Shown piece by piece: positions 35,977 through 48,339 of a stretch of 64,000 nucleotides of DNA (positions are counted from its first letter, which is position 1; each line of letters opens with the position of its first letter). The notes beneath the pieces are model-generated. The model was not told where the DNA came from. It ran no database searches and worked only from the letters and a program-made list of their open reading frames with translations. This DNA is from Octopus bimaculoides (Eukaryota). Position numbers and translations under genes: made by a program. The stretch covers positions 26,876,657-26,940,656 of the forward strand of contig NC_069000.1 in assembly GCF_001194135.2 (NCBI RefSeq), read 5' to 3'.

Positions 35977-37845
35977 ATGAGCAATGGTCCTTCCAAGGGT
36001 ATGGCCGAGGGAACATTAAAATCTGTAGGAGATGCTGAATTTGCTACCTCACCAAATGGCCATACAACTGAGTGCAGTGATACTGAAATGGAGTGTAAAA
36101 GAAACTGCGTGGACCAGAAAGATGCACCAAGGAAATCACAGTCTTATAATAGATTGGGCAGCCAGTGTTACAGTAAGTTACCACTGCCATACCAAAGTGC
36201 TCTTAGTGATAATAAAACATTCAAAGACTCTATTAACCCCGATGAGGTGAATGAAGCTAACACTCTCAGTTCACCTAGCTTTAATTCTAAAGCAAATCCA
36301 CAGCCATCTTACCATTTAGACTCACCACTAAGATCTTGTCAAAAACAAAGTGGTTCAAGATTTCTCCGTTGTGAACTTTGTAATAAACTGTTCTCAGAAG
36401 ATGATGCTGAGAATGAAGATGCACACATTTCCAAAAAAAAAATTACTGTTTGTCAAGTTTGCAACCAGAAATATTCAGTGCTAGAAGACATTGCTGACAA
36501 GAAACCTCCTCCAAAAGCGATTCTTGATAACTCATTGCTCCCTGCAACTTACCCACCAAAATTAATGTACAATAATTGTAATGACATACCCTCCAGAAAT
36601 ATTAAACAAATCAAAAATGGTTCCCAAATAGTAGTGTCTGACACTAACACAAAAACTGAACATCTATTAAAAAATATAAAACAGGAGCCTGTCTCTGAAA
36701 ATGATGATAATTTACCCACTGGTATAAAACTACCACTTAAACATAGTTTTCAATCATCTTGTTCCTTTTTTTTGACCACTAATTTAAAACCATGTATCAA
36801 ACGTAATCAAGAAGTGAAAAACAAGAAGAAAGACTCTGTTCCCAGTGAAAACACAAATAAAAAAGCTAGACTTGGAGATTCAGATCTGGCTAAAAATGTA
36901 TCTGCAGATCAGGAACAACTAGTTACTGTTGATGTAAGTAAAAATACTGTTGCTTGTTCACCAAAAGTGCATGGCACTGAGGGCTACAGTCAAAATTATT
37001 TTAAATTGGAGCCACCAAATGTTTCTGATTGTGCAAAGGAAGCTAAGAAAACAGTTCATATAAAATCAAAAAGCACAAACGAAACTGATTTCACATTCAA
37101 GCTTCCTTCAGTTGCTTCAACTTATTCAACTGGTAAAAATGTTAATAAAAGTAAAAATGATCCCACCTCTAATACTTATACATTTGAAGGAAGTATGATG
37201 TGGAATCCTGTGACCAATATTCCTACAACACAGGAGCAACAGAAATCTGATAAGAAAGACGGGATCTCAGAAACTAACTCCTGCCCAAAAAGTGAGAGAA
37301 AAGATGATGAAAGTACCTATAGCTGTGAAGGGAGTCTCTTTATTAAACCAGTCCTTCCAAATGAATTTGCTTTTGAAGGTACATTATACATCAAACCTGA
37401 TTCACCTCATTTTCTTCAGACTACTGTTGACTCATCTCCTACCACATCTACTGCTAGTCCATCTAATTTAACAAATAAAATAGTTAACATCCAATCAGTA
37501 TTCACTAGTTCAGGTCAAGTTATCAGCAATGTCACAGTTCCTGCAACTGATCAAAGCAGAACAGTCCCCAACAATCAAAGAATGCCTACAAATGTATGCA
37601 GAACCTATGCCAGAACAACAACCACCAACAGCACTGTAGTCCCTAGAATGACAAGCAGCATCCCCACATCAATGCCAAAGGTACAGAAAATTATATCAGA
37701 AGAGAAGAAAGACCTGCCAGTTAGGAAACAAGCTCTAAATTCAGGAAGTGGAGGTGGACATACTGACTTCAGTGTTAAATCCATTCTCAGTACCCCTGAT
37801 CGTAGAGGAACAGTGGGTAATTCTGGGATGCCTCAGGAACAGTAA
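35977..37845 (+). CDS. Giant coding exon, 622 aa, largely disordered; CxxC-x23-CxxC, three FEG-type repeats and an eh1-like motif
   Basis: 1.87 kb open frame in very AT-rich DNA; strong acceptor tttcttctacag at 35888; possible donor CA|GTAAAT at 37842. Confidence 0.8.
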   Translation: MSNGPSKGMAEGTLKSVGDAEFATSPNGHTTECSDTEMECKRNCVDQKDAPRKSQSYNRLGSQCYSKLPLPYQSALSDNKTFKDSINPDEVNEANTLSSPSFNSKANPQPSYHLDSPLRSCQKQSGSRFLRCELCNKLFSEDDAENEDAHISKKKITVCQVCNQKYSVLEDIADKKPPPKAILDNSLLPATYPPKLMYNNCNDIPSRNIKQIKNGSQIVVSDTNTKTEHLLKNIKQEPVSENDDNLPTGIKLPLKHSFQSSCSFFLTTNLKPCIKRNQEVKNKKKDSVPSENTNKKARLGDSDLAKNVSADQEQLVTVDVSKNTVACSPKVHGTEGYSQNYFKLEPPNVSDCAKEAKKTVHIKSKSTNETDFTFKLPSVASTYSTGKNVNKSKNDPTSNTYTFEGSMMWNPVTNIPTTQEQQKSDKKDGISETNSCPKSERKDDESTYSCEGSLFIKPVLPNEFAFEGTLYIKPDSPHFLQTTVDSSPTTSTASPSNLTNKIVNIQSVFTSSGQVISNVTVPATDQSRTVPNNQRMPTNVCRTYARTTTTNSTVVPRMTSSIPTSMPKVQKIISEEKKDLPVRKQALNSGSGGGHTDFSVKSILSTPDRRGTVGNSGMPQEQ

Positions 37846-38715
37846 ATATGAGCAGTGCTTATTGTGGCCTACTCACTTCAAATGGTTCATCTGTATATTA
37901 AGTTCTAGTTTAGGCAGGATATTTAAGATGGTATTTATATAGAAGGTCTTTCATAACTAATCCATCATTTCACTGTTCATTCTCCAACTGTGTCTCTTAT
38001 CTTGCCTCAATTTTTTCCTCTTCCTATTTCAATATTTTTTGTCTCTTCCTCTCCAATGCCTTCCTTTTTCAACTTGAAAAAGTTAGTCAAGTTGATGCAA
38101 TGATCCCAAATTTATTTGATTTATGTCCTAATGTCATTCCATGAGGAGCTGGTTCAAAATTGATATTTTACCCTCAATTTCACATGTATCATTTGTTTTA
38201 CAACCATTTAGATATATATATATATATATCTATATATATATATATATATATATATATNNNNNNNNNNNNNNNNNNNNNNNNNNNNNNNNNNNNNNNNNNN
38301 NNNNNNNNNNNNNNNNNNNNNNNNNNNNNNNNNNNNNNNNNNNNNNNNNNNNNNNNNNNNNNNNNNNNNNNNNNNNNNNNNNNNNNNNNNNNNNNNNNNN
38401 NNNNNNNNNNNNNNNNNNNNNNNNNNGAGTGTGTATGGAGATACTTGGACTATACAGTATACATTTCACTCTCGGTTCCTAATCTTTGTGTTATATTCAG
38501 TATATATGTGTTGGTTCACTGTCTTTCTGGAGAAAAAAATATTTTAATACTTGATTGTAAACTGCTCATTACATTACTTTCAAAATGTGTTCAGAATATT
38601 TAAGGTCTTGGTTGTGATTGAGACAAGTAAGAGAACATGACTGTCAGCCACTTTTCTAGGCAGAACTAAAATGTTCATTGGGTTCAGACTTCATATTGCT
38701 TACTATTGTTGTTAA

Positions 38716-39762
38716 GGTGGAGGTATGGCAGAATCAGTAGTGTCACACTAAACTAAATACCTTGTGCAATTATACCCCTTTATGTTTCTGAGTTCAAATT
38801 CCAGCATAGTCAGTTTCTCTTTTCATCCCTCTGAGGTTGAAAAAAAAAAAAAAACTGATGGTATACTTACCCCATCCCTTTCTTACAAATTTGTGGCCTG
38901 TCAATGCTAGAAATAATCAATTATTATTATTATTTATTATTATTATTATTGTTGTTTATTATTATTATTATTATTATTATTATTTCTGTATGGGTGGCAC
39001 AGATGGTAATGCACTGAACAGTAATTAATTTTGTTGATTAATGAGTTCAAATCTTGCCTGTCACCTTCAACATGGCATTTTGTTGAAAGCAGCGAGCTGG
39101 CAGGCTTAGCATGCTGGACAAAATGCTTAGTGACATTTCATTGGTCTTTATGTTCTGAGTTCAAATTCTGCTGAGGTCAATTTTGCCTATTGTCCTTTCG
39201 GAATTGATAAAATAAATACCAGTCAAACACTGGGGTCAAAGTAATTGACTTACCCCTTCCCCTCAAAACTGCTGGTCTTGTACCAAAATTTGAAACCATT
39301 ATTATTATTAGGCCAGTGGATTGGCAGAATTGTTAGTGTTGGAGAAAATACATTATGATATTTCTCCTTACATTCTGGGTTCAAATTCCATCAAGGTCAT
39401 CTTTGCCTTTCATCCCGTGGGGGTCTATAAAATAAAGTACCAGTAAAATAAAATACTACGGTCAATGATATCAACTTATACCCTCCTTTCAAAATCTCTG
39501 GCCTTGTATTTAAATAAGAAAATTATTTTTATTATGTGGCTTTCTGCCAATGTTAGAAATCAATATTAATAATGTCTAAAATTGTAGAGAATTTAACTAA
39601 ATAGCCTTTTTAAAGCATTTAGTTTTGTCTCTAAGTTCTGTGTTCAAATCCCATCAGAGTCCTGAGCAGGTCCGAAAGATCAATTCATTACCTATACACA
39701 TTTCTTCCTATATAATTTTGTGCTCTGTGCCAATATGAAAAATCACCATCAATATTTTTATT

Positions 39763-39765
<3 letters not shown>
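38716..39765 (+). mobile_element. Chain of four same-orientation tRNA-type SINE family 2 copies
   Basis: Four occurrences of ggcagaat...gagttcaaat(t)c...(att)n at about 38716, 39088, 39311 and 39585. Confidence 0.8.
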
Positions 39766-39798
<33 letters not shown>

Positions 39799-40613
39799 GC
39801 TGTTGCTGTTGCTGTTGTTGTTGTTGTTGTTGTTATTACAGCATGAAATCTACACTTTTAATTTTTTTTATCCCCATGTAAATCCCATATTTCATGCTCT
39901 ATATAATAAAACACTGTTATTAGTATCTTGGAGGGTAGGGCATAAAAAAAATGAAGGAAAGCCCATACTGTTGCCATGCACTATAACATTGTCCTTTTTC
40001 TAAAGTGGTTCCTATTCAATTGAATTGAATAACTTTTTTCTTCTAAGATCCCCTCATTGGTTTCCTACCCATATTCTCTAGCTTAATAAGTGAGACACTA
40101 CACATGCACTCACACATCACATCTCATCAAAATTCAATGTAAAATATTTCTAAAGATATCTAAATTTTTGACTAAAATCTCTACTTGTTGCTATGTAGAC
40201 ATTATTTCTTTTTTAATCATCAGTGGTGTTATAATATTGAACAGCAGAATTAGTTATTTAAAAAAAAAAAATTTACTCCTGAAGATCCTTCAGCATTTCA
40301 GCAATTTTTTTTAGTGCATGTGAAAGAGAGAGAGATCATAAGCAATGCTGCCTGTTTTATTGTAATTGTTTTTAATGCCTGGCAACTGTATATAAAAAGT
40401 TGTTCATGTCTGTCACCAGCAATTAAAAGTATGCATATGTATATGTACACACACACACACTCATGCATAAGTGTGTGTGTGTTTATATGTATACATATGT
40501 ATGTATATTTACGTATGTGTGGGTATAAGTATACAAATAGGAGACAAGTATTCAATATATGTAGTAGAGTTAATTTACTAAAACCTAATGATTGACTTCA
40601 TTTGCTACTTCAG

Positions 40614-40649
40614 GTTTGTCACTTTTGTGCATCCATTCAATTAACAGAG
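40614..40649 (+). other. Candidate 36-nt microexon
   Basis: Branch-like cctaat, acceptor tttgctacttcag|G and donor GAG|gtaaat; phase 0 reading is VCHFCASIQLTE. Confidence 0.4.
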
Positions 40650-41101
40650 GTAAATGTGTGTGTGTTTTTATGCATATGTATGTGTGTAATGTATATTTAT
40701 ATGTGTATATGTATGTGTATTTATGTTAGCAGGCTAACAAATAAAAAAGCTAGAATAGTTCTGAATATCACAGCATTTACTTTAGAGATGCAGAACGTGT
40801 GTATAAATACAACATTACTGAATAAGAAGAGTTAAACTGACTTTCTCCTGGTTATTTATATGTATCTGCTGTAATCTTTTTTTTTTTCTGCTGACAGTAT
40901 ATTAGATTTCTAACCACTTCAATTTATGTAACTGTAGATAATAGGATAATCAAATCTTCTGACAATGTTATTTACCTGTTGTTACAGTCTTTTGTCCTCA
41001 TAATGAAGATTTCATTTCATTCGATTAATGCCATAGATTCCATAATGTAGCACCAACTCCGTGAGTCTGCGTTACTTGGAAGTATTTTCATTTACACACA
41101 T

Positions 41102-41165
<64 letters not shown>

Positions 41166-41774
41166 TACACACATGAAACTAAATGGTTCAGTAGCTATCT
41201 ATTATACTACTAGTTTATGGGTCATGATTTGAAATCTGCTGCAAGGCATATCTTGTGACAGCAAACAGGCATCCTATCAAGCTGGTGATTTCTTTCATCC
41301 ATTTATCAATTATATGAATGTAATCATGTAAATTTAGGGCATTGCTGTCTTTTTATAAGGGTTGTCTACCAAGCTCATTAAGCATATTACTTCAGTTTAT
41401 TACTAACATTGGTGTTACAGATTATTTTGTAGCTGAAAATCTTTGTTGGGTTTTTGTCTGGGAGTACTGTTAACAGAGCTGTTTTACTTGGAACTTTTAT
41501 TTTCTTATTTCTTTACAGTAAGAATAAAAAATTTTAAGATAGTACTGTGATAGCTGTATGAATAACAATGCCTATTGCTGAATCAGCAGCTAACAGGCAA
41601 GCCACATTATTCTGTTTGTCATCAAAAGTATAATCTTTAAGATATGTTATATACTTTTACTGTCATTTTCTGTTATAATTCCATATTTTCTACAATGTTT
41701 ATAAACATCATCATTTTAACATATTTATTTTATAAATTACTCATTTTTACATTATAATAATCACAAGGGCCGTA

Positions 41775-41995
41775 CATATCAGTAGTGTTAGCCTAAAGTT
41801 ATGTCCCTTCATGTTCAGAGTTTAGATCGACCAAGATTGACTTACTGGTCTTTTATCTTACTGGTGGAGCGGGTACCATGAAAATAAAATACTAGTCAAG
41901 TAACTGGGGTCTATTAAAATGACTAAAGTCTTCAAATCCCTCCCTTAACTTCTCACAAAATTTGTAGACCTTGTGCCTATATAATAATTTTATGA
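41775..41995 (+). mobile_element. tRNA-type SINE family 2, decayed
   Basis: gtgttagc...gttcagagtttagatc...aaataaaatactagtc...actggggtc matches the 38.7-39.7 kb copies. Confidence 0.55.
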
Positions 41996-43520
41996 TATTT
42001 AGCACATACTGATATTCAGCATCCATGCTTCAAATCAACTTAGCAACTTCAGAAACAAGTACTAAGTTCCTTTCTATTTCAAATGTGTATATTGTCCATA
42101 TTTTCAAAGATACATACATCTACTCTTCCCTTTCACACAATTATTGTTTTATCAATTCACACAAACCTATAAGATAACTTCCATCCAAACCTTGATGTGA
42201 GAGTCAGATGAATATACATGGAGTATTTGAGGACAGTTGAATGAAGACTCTGTAAAAAATTAAACCCCATTACAAGTATTGGGTAAGCACTGTAATTTAG
42301 AAAGGTACTGTGATTGATTAATCATCTCTAAATAATTATGATTTACAACTATTTTTTTGTCATAGTAATAATAATAGTATGTATGTGGGTATATATATAT
42401 AGCTGTACCAGGGGAGGTTTCTGTTATACAAATATTCATTATCAATTACATTTACAATTTCTGGTAATGTTAAGTTACCACAGCCCACTTCTATGGTCTC
42501 CACAAAGTTCCCCAAAGAATGAGTGTTTTGAAGAAATGAATATGTTCACTATTATAGAATTTTCAAATATGCTGCCCGTCCTATGATTGCATACATATGT
42601 ACCTGTATGTAAGATATATATATATGTATATATNNNNNNNNNNNNNNNNNNNNNNNNNNNNNNNNNNNNNNNNNNNNNNNNNNNNNNNNNNNNNNNNNNN
42701 NNNNNNNNNNNNNNNNNNNNNNNNNNNNNNNNNNNNNNNNNNNNNNNNNNNNNNNNNNNNNNNNNNNNNNNNNNNNNNNNNNNNNNNNNNNNNNNNNNNN
42801 NNNNNNNNNNNNNNNNNNNNNNNNNNNNNNNNNNNNNNNNNNNNNNNNNNNNNNNNNNNNNNNNNNNNNNNNNNNNNNNNNNNNNNNNNNNNNNNNNNNN
42901 NNNNNNNNNNNNNNNNNNNNNNNNNNNNNNNNNNNNNNNNNNNNNNNNNNNNNNNNNNNNNNNNNNNNNNNNNNNNNNNNNNNNNNNNNNNNNNNNNNNN
43001 NNNNNNNNNNNNNNNNNNNNNNNNNNNNNNNNNNNNNNNNNNNNNNNNNNNNNNNNNNNNNNNNNNNNNNNNNNNNNNNNNNNNNNNNNNNNNNNNNNNN
43101 NNNNNNNNNNNNNNNNNNNNNNNNNNNNNNNNNNNNNNNNNNNNNNNNNNNNNNNNNNNNNNNNNNNNNNNNNNNNNNNNNNNNNNNNNNNNNNNNNNNN
43201 NNNNNNNNNNNNNNNNNNNNNNNNNNNNNNNNNNNNNNNNNNNNNNNNNNNNNNNNNNNNNNNNNNNNNNNNNNNNNNNNNNNNNNNNNNNNNNNNNNNN
43301 NNNNNNNNNNNNNNNNNNNNNNNNNNNNNNNNNNNNNNNNNNNNNNNNNNNNNNNNNNNNNNNNNNNNNNNNNNNNNNNNNNNNNNNNNNNNNNNNNNNN
43401 NNNNNNNNNNNNNNNNNNNNNNNNNNNNNNNNNNNNNNNNNNNNNNNNNNNNNNNNNNNNNNNNNNNNNNNNNNNNNNNNNNNNNNNNNNNNNNNNNNNN
43501 NNNNNNNNNNNNNNNNNNNG

Positions 43521-46500
43521 CCAACCACTCCGAGAGTGTAGTAGGTGCTTTTTACATGCCACTGGCATGAGAACCAATCAGGTGGTACTGGCATCGACCA
43601 CACCTGAATGGTGCTTTTTACGTGCCACTGGCATGAGAACCAATCAGGTGGTACTGACAATGATCAGGATTGAATGCTGCTTTTTAAATGTCACCAGCAC
43701 AGGAGCCAGTCAGGCAGCACTAGCGTTGACCATGCTTGAATGGTGCATTTTACGTACTACCGGCATGGTGCCAGTCTGGTGGCACTAGCAACAACCATGC
43801 TCGATTGGTGATTTTTATGTGCCACAGGCACGGGACCAGTCAGGCAGCACTGGCATTAACTATGCTAGAATGGTGCTTTTTTACATGCCACCAGCATGGG
43901 TGCCAATCAGGCGATACTAGCATCGGCCACAACAATGACTTCACTTGACTTAATAGGTCTTTGCAAGCACAGTTTATTGCCCAATGATTGTACGGTACTT
44001 TTAAATGGGCCGGTTATGCTGCACTGGCATAGGCCACAGTTACGGTCTCACTTGGCATGCCAGGTCTTCTCAAGCACAGCATATCTCCAAAGGTTTTGGT
44101 CACTTGTCATTGCCTCCATGAGGCCCAACGTTGGGAGGTTGTGCTTAACCACCTCGTCCCAGGTCTTCCTAGGTCTACCTCTTTCACAGGTTCCCTCTAC
44201 TGCTAGGGTGTGACACTTTTTCATACAGCTGTCCTAATCCATACGCAACACATGACCATACTAGTGCAGTCATCTCTCTTGTACACCACATCTGATGCTT
44301 CTTCTGTCCAACTTTTCTCTCAGAGTGCTTACACTCTATCGTGTATGCACACTAACATTACACATCCAGCGAGACATACTGGCTTCATTCCTTGCAAGCT
44401 TGTGCATGTGCGCAACAGTCATGGCCCATGTTCCACTGCCATGTAGCATGGCTGTTCACACACATGCCTCGTACATTCTACCTTTTACTCTGAGCGAGAG
44501 GCCCTTTGTCACCAGCAGAGGGAGGAGCTCTCTGGACTTTGGCCAGGCTATTCTTATTCTAGCAGCTACACTCTCAGAGCATTCACCCCCACTACTGACT
44601 TGGTCACCTAGTTAATGGATGTTATCAACTACTTCTAGTTTTTCCCCTTGGCATGTGACGGAAGCTGTTTTCTGCACAATTTCAGTGTTTATTGTCCCTG
44701 AGCATTTACCACACATAAAAACTATCTTCCTAGTTAGCCTTCCTTTGATATTGCTGCACCTCTTATGTGTCCAGAGCTTACACCAGGTACAGCTTATGGA
44801 GTTTCTACCTATGCCTTTTCTACAGATTGAGCAGGGCCATCTACCTGAAGGGATTTGTGATTTGTCTGCCTTCCTACTTATTAAGACTTTGGTTTTTGCT
44901 AGATTGACTCTAAGGCCCTTCAATTCTAGACCTTGCCTCTAGTTCTGTTAGTGACTCAGCTGTTAGAGCAAGGTCATCAGCATAGAGGAGCTCCCAGGAG
45001 ATGTCTGTCTTGAATTCCTCAGTTATAGCCTGGAGGACTATGATGAAAAAGAGGAGACTGAGGACTGATCCTTGGTGAACCCCGACTTCTACCTGGAATT
45101 CTTTACTGTATTCGTTGCTGACCCTCACCTTACTGACAGCATACCTGTACAGCTCTCACTAACCACTCATCTATCCCTAGTTTCCACGTTAACCACCAGA
45201 TAATGGATCGGGGGACCCTGTCAAAGCTTTCTCCATGTCAATGAAAGCCAGGTACAGAGGTTTCTCTTTGGTTAGGTATTTCTCCTTATCAGGAATATAG
45301 CATCAGTGGTGCTTTTCCCTGGCGCAAACCCAAACTGCATCTCGTCTAAACTAGCTCTCTCCCTAATTAGTTGGGCTATGATCCTCTATGTGACTTTCAT
45401 TACCTGAGCCAACAACTTGATACCGCAGTAATTATTCGTATCTAATGCATCACCATTACCTTTGTAGCAGTTGACTATGGTGCTGCTACATGCGTCATTG
45501 GGTGTGACTCTTTCATGTATCACCTGATTGACTATACAGGTGACTAGACTACAGCCAACACTGCCAGATATTTTAAGCATCTCTGTGGTGATTCCTGATG
45601 GGCCGGGAGCTGTCCCTGTTTTCATAACCTTAATTGCTTTATCTACCAAGGTACTGTCAATTCAGATAACTGGTCCCTCTGTTTGGTTGACATTCAGCAG
45701 ACTCTCTTTCTCCCATTCATTCTCTTCATTTAGCAGCCTCTCATAGTGACATCTCCAAGTCTCTCTCTTTGCAGCCTCATTAAATGCAATCACGCCATCA
45801 TCTATGCTGACACATTTCTCTCTTACAACATCATGATTCTCTCTCACACACTGTCTTGCAATATGAAACACTTTGGTCCTCACAACGCAGAACATTGGCA
45901 ATTTTTTTTTTTTTATCTGCTTCCCCTCTGACTAAGTAAACCTCTCCCCCAACTTCCCTTCTGGCAATCTGATACAATTCCCAGCTACTACCGTTCTTCC
46001 AGTCCTTCTATGCCTGTTTCTTTTCCCTAATGGCCCTGTCCACTTCATTGTTCCACCACCACATTACCTGGGGTCGAGTGGGGACTTTGCACCATCCACA
46101 GATCTGGTCAGTAGCCCTCAACAGGTTGTCCCGTAGAAACCTCCTGTTGTCTTCCACATCATGTGACACTATATCCTCCTCTATTTCATGAAAAGCTTTG
46201 AGTAATACATCTCTAAATCTCTGTCCATTCACAGGATCCTTAAGCTTCCAGACCCTTCTCCATGCTGGTTGCCTTCTGGGCATCCATAAAGCCCTGATCC
46301 TGAAGTTGCTAACTGCTAATCTATGTTGTGGGGTGCATTCTTCACCTGGGAAGGTTTTGGCATTTATAAGTAGCCATCTTTCCCATTTCCTGGCGAGGAT
46401 GTAGTCAATTTGACTATTGTGTCCACCAGACTGGTAGCTGAATAGGTGACTGGCAGGTTTCCTGAAGTTAGTATCACAAACCATAAGATCATTTGCATCA

Positions 46501-47110
46501 CAGAACTCCAGCAGCCTGGTTCCCTCCTCATTGCAGGAACCAAAACCATAGCCTCCATGTATGCCATGGAAGCCCCCTGTATGTTGTCCAACATGCCCAT
46601 TGAAGTTGCCAGCCACAAAGAGAAGGTCTCTGTTATTCATCGATGAGGTAGTCAGCAAGAGGGTATTATAAAATCGATCTTTCTGTTCATGAGGTAGCTC
46701 TGGCTGAGGGGCATAAGCCGATATAATGGTTGCTAATCCATGTTGCAGTACTAATCTAATCATAAGTTTTCTATCACAGAGTCTGACTACCTCGGTTGCC
46801 TTACCAACCCATTTCTCTGCAATAAGTATATCCATGCCCCCCGACCCCGTTAGTGTTCCCTGCTCAGAAAATCTTATACCTATGTTCTTTGCCTGTGAGG
46901 AACCTAACAGAATTTCCTCTCCACCTTACTTCTTGGATGCAGCACAAATCTACATGTCTCTGTTCAAGCATCTCAACAATTTCCCAGACCTACCTTTCAG
47001 TGTGCCAACTCTGAGGGTGTAGGAAGTGTGGGCCCACCAGACCCTGGGATGAGGGAACAGTAGCATCATATACCTGAAAAGAAAGCTTGCATTTGGCAGA
47101 ACTCATAAAC
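43521..47110 (-). mobile_element. Near full-length RTE-clade LINE, pseudogenised
   Basis: TLRVGTLKGRSGEIVEML (APE start), ISAYAPQ, AGNFNGHVG, GVHQGSVLS and LLYADDLAL motifs; 3'UTR subrepeats at 43555-43930. Confidence 0.93.
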
Positions 47111-47308
47111 ATACAATAGCTTTCAACCTACATACACTACACCATTTTATGCGCTTCATAATCACTACATTACATAGGAGATTAACTCTAAGTAGGGATG
47201 GGGGAACATGAAGCCTTTGGAGGTGTTCTTGGGAAAGACAGCTGATAGAGATCAGAGACTTCCGGTACAGGTGGTGGGGGTGGGAAGGGTAGGCGCACTG
47301 TGAAAGAG

Positions 47309-48311
47309 CAAAAACTCAGGCTGCTGGTGTGAAAGAGTAGTAATGATAGCAATGAGATAGAATTGGGCATTTGAATTCTTAACTAGAGTTATAGCCAACA
47401 GTTTTCGGTCAGCCAAACTGTGACAAAATTAGATAAATGAATGAATAAATGACAATAATAAATGAGCGTGAAAGAGGGGGAGAAGGGAGAAACAGTGAAA
47501 GTTGGATTGAGTATAGGGATCTTAAGTTTTTTTCTAAACATACAGCATGGAAGACAAAACTGTGTTTACATAGATAGATAATTAAATGAAATAATAAAGT
47601 AATTATAATTTGCGCTGAAAAAGAGGTTTGAGATGTGTGTTAGGTTGGAAAACAAAGTTGTTTATCTGAACATCTGATTTCTACTCCATGTGGCGAGGTA
47701 TTAAAATATGAGGTAGGGGAATCTGAATGAGCTAGTTTATATAGGGTGGGGTGGGGGGAGTGGGTGTAAAGTGTTGGAAGAAGCAAGTGGTTAATGAAAC
47801 TGAGAGAGAAGAGAGAGAGGCCAGAGTTAGGCTGATCGAAGACAGAACACGAGATGGAATTTGGGGATTTAGGGTAATATAATGGGTTTAACATTGCTTC
47901 TTCTGGTGTGAAAGAAGAATAGTAATTCTAATAATGAGATAGAATTGGGCAACGCAAAACAACAAAAACTCAGGCTGCTGGTGTGAAAGAGTAGTAATAA
48001 TAATAATGAGATAGAATTGGGCATTTGCATTCTTAACTAGAGCTATAACCAACAGTTTTTGGTCAGCCAAACTGTGACAAAATTAGATAAATGAATGAAT
48101 AGAGAACAATAATAAATGAACATGAAAGACGGGGAGAAAGAGGGAGAGTTGGATTGAGTGAAGGGATCTTAAGTTTTTTCTCTAAACATACAGCATGGAA
48201 GATGAAACCATATTTACAAACATAAACGATGAAATGAAATAATAAAGTATGCAAGGTTGGAATACAAAGTTGCTTATCTGAATATCTGATTTCTACTCTG
48301 TGTGGCGAGGT
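47309..48311. repeat. Direct duplication 47309-47699 / 47963-48311
   Basis: Shared aaaactcaggctgctggtgtgaaagag...tggcgaggt with small indels. Confidence 0.9.
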
Positions 48312-48339
48312 GTTTCTTGAAAACATCTCCAACTCCATG

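Noticed and set aside
36032-36250. Overlapping alternative-frame ORF inside the giant exon
   Set aside because: It is short, has no motifs and is expected by chance.
39763-39836. Poly-Leu ORF (39764-40003) resembling a signal peptide
   Set aside because: It is a (GTT/GCT)n microsatellite.
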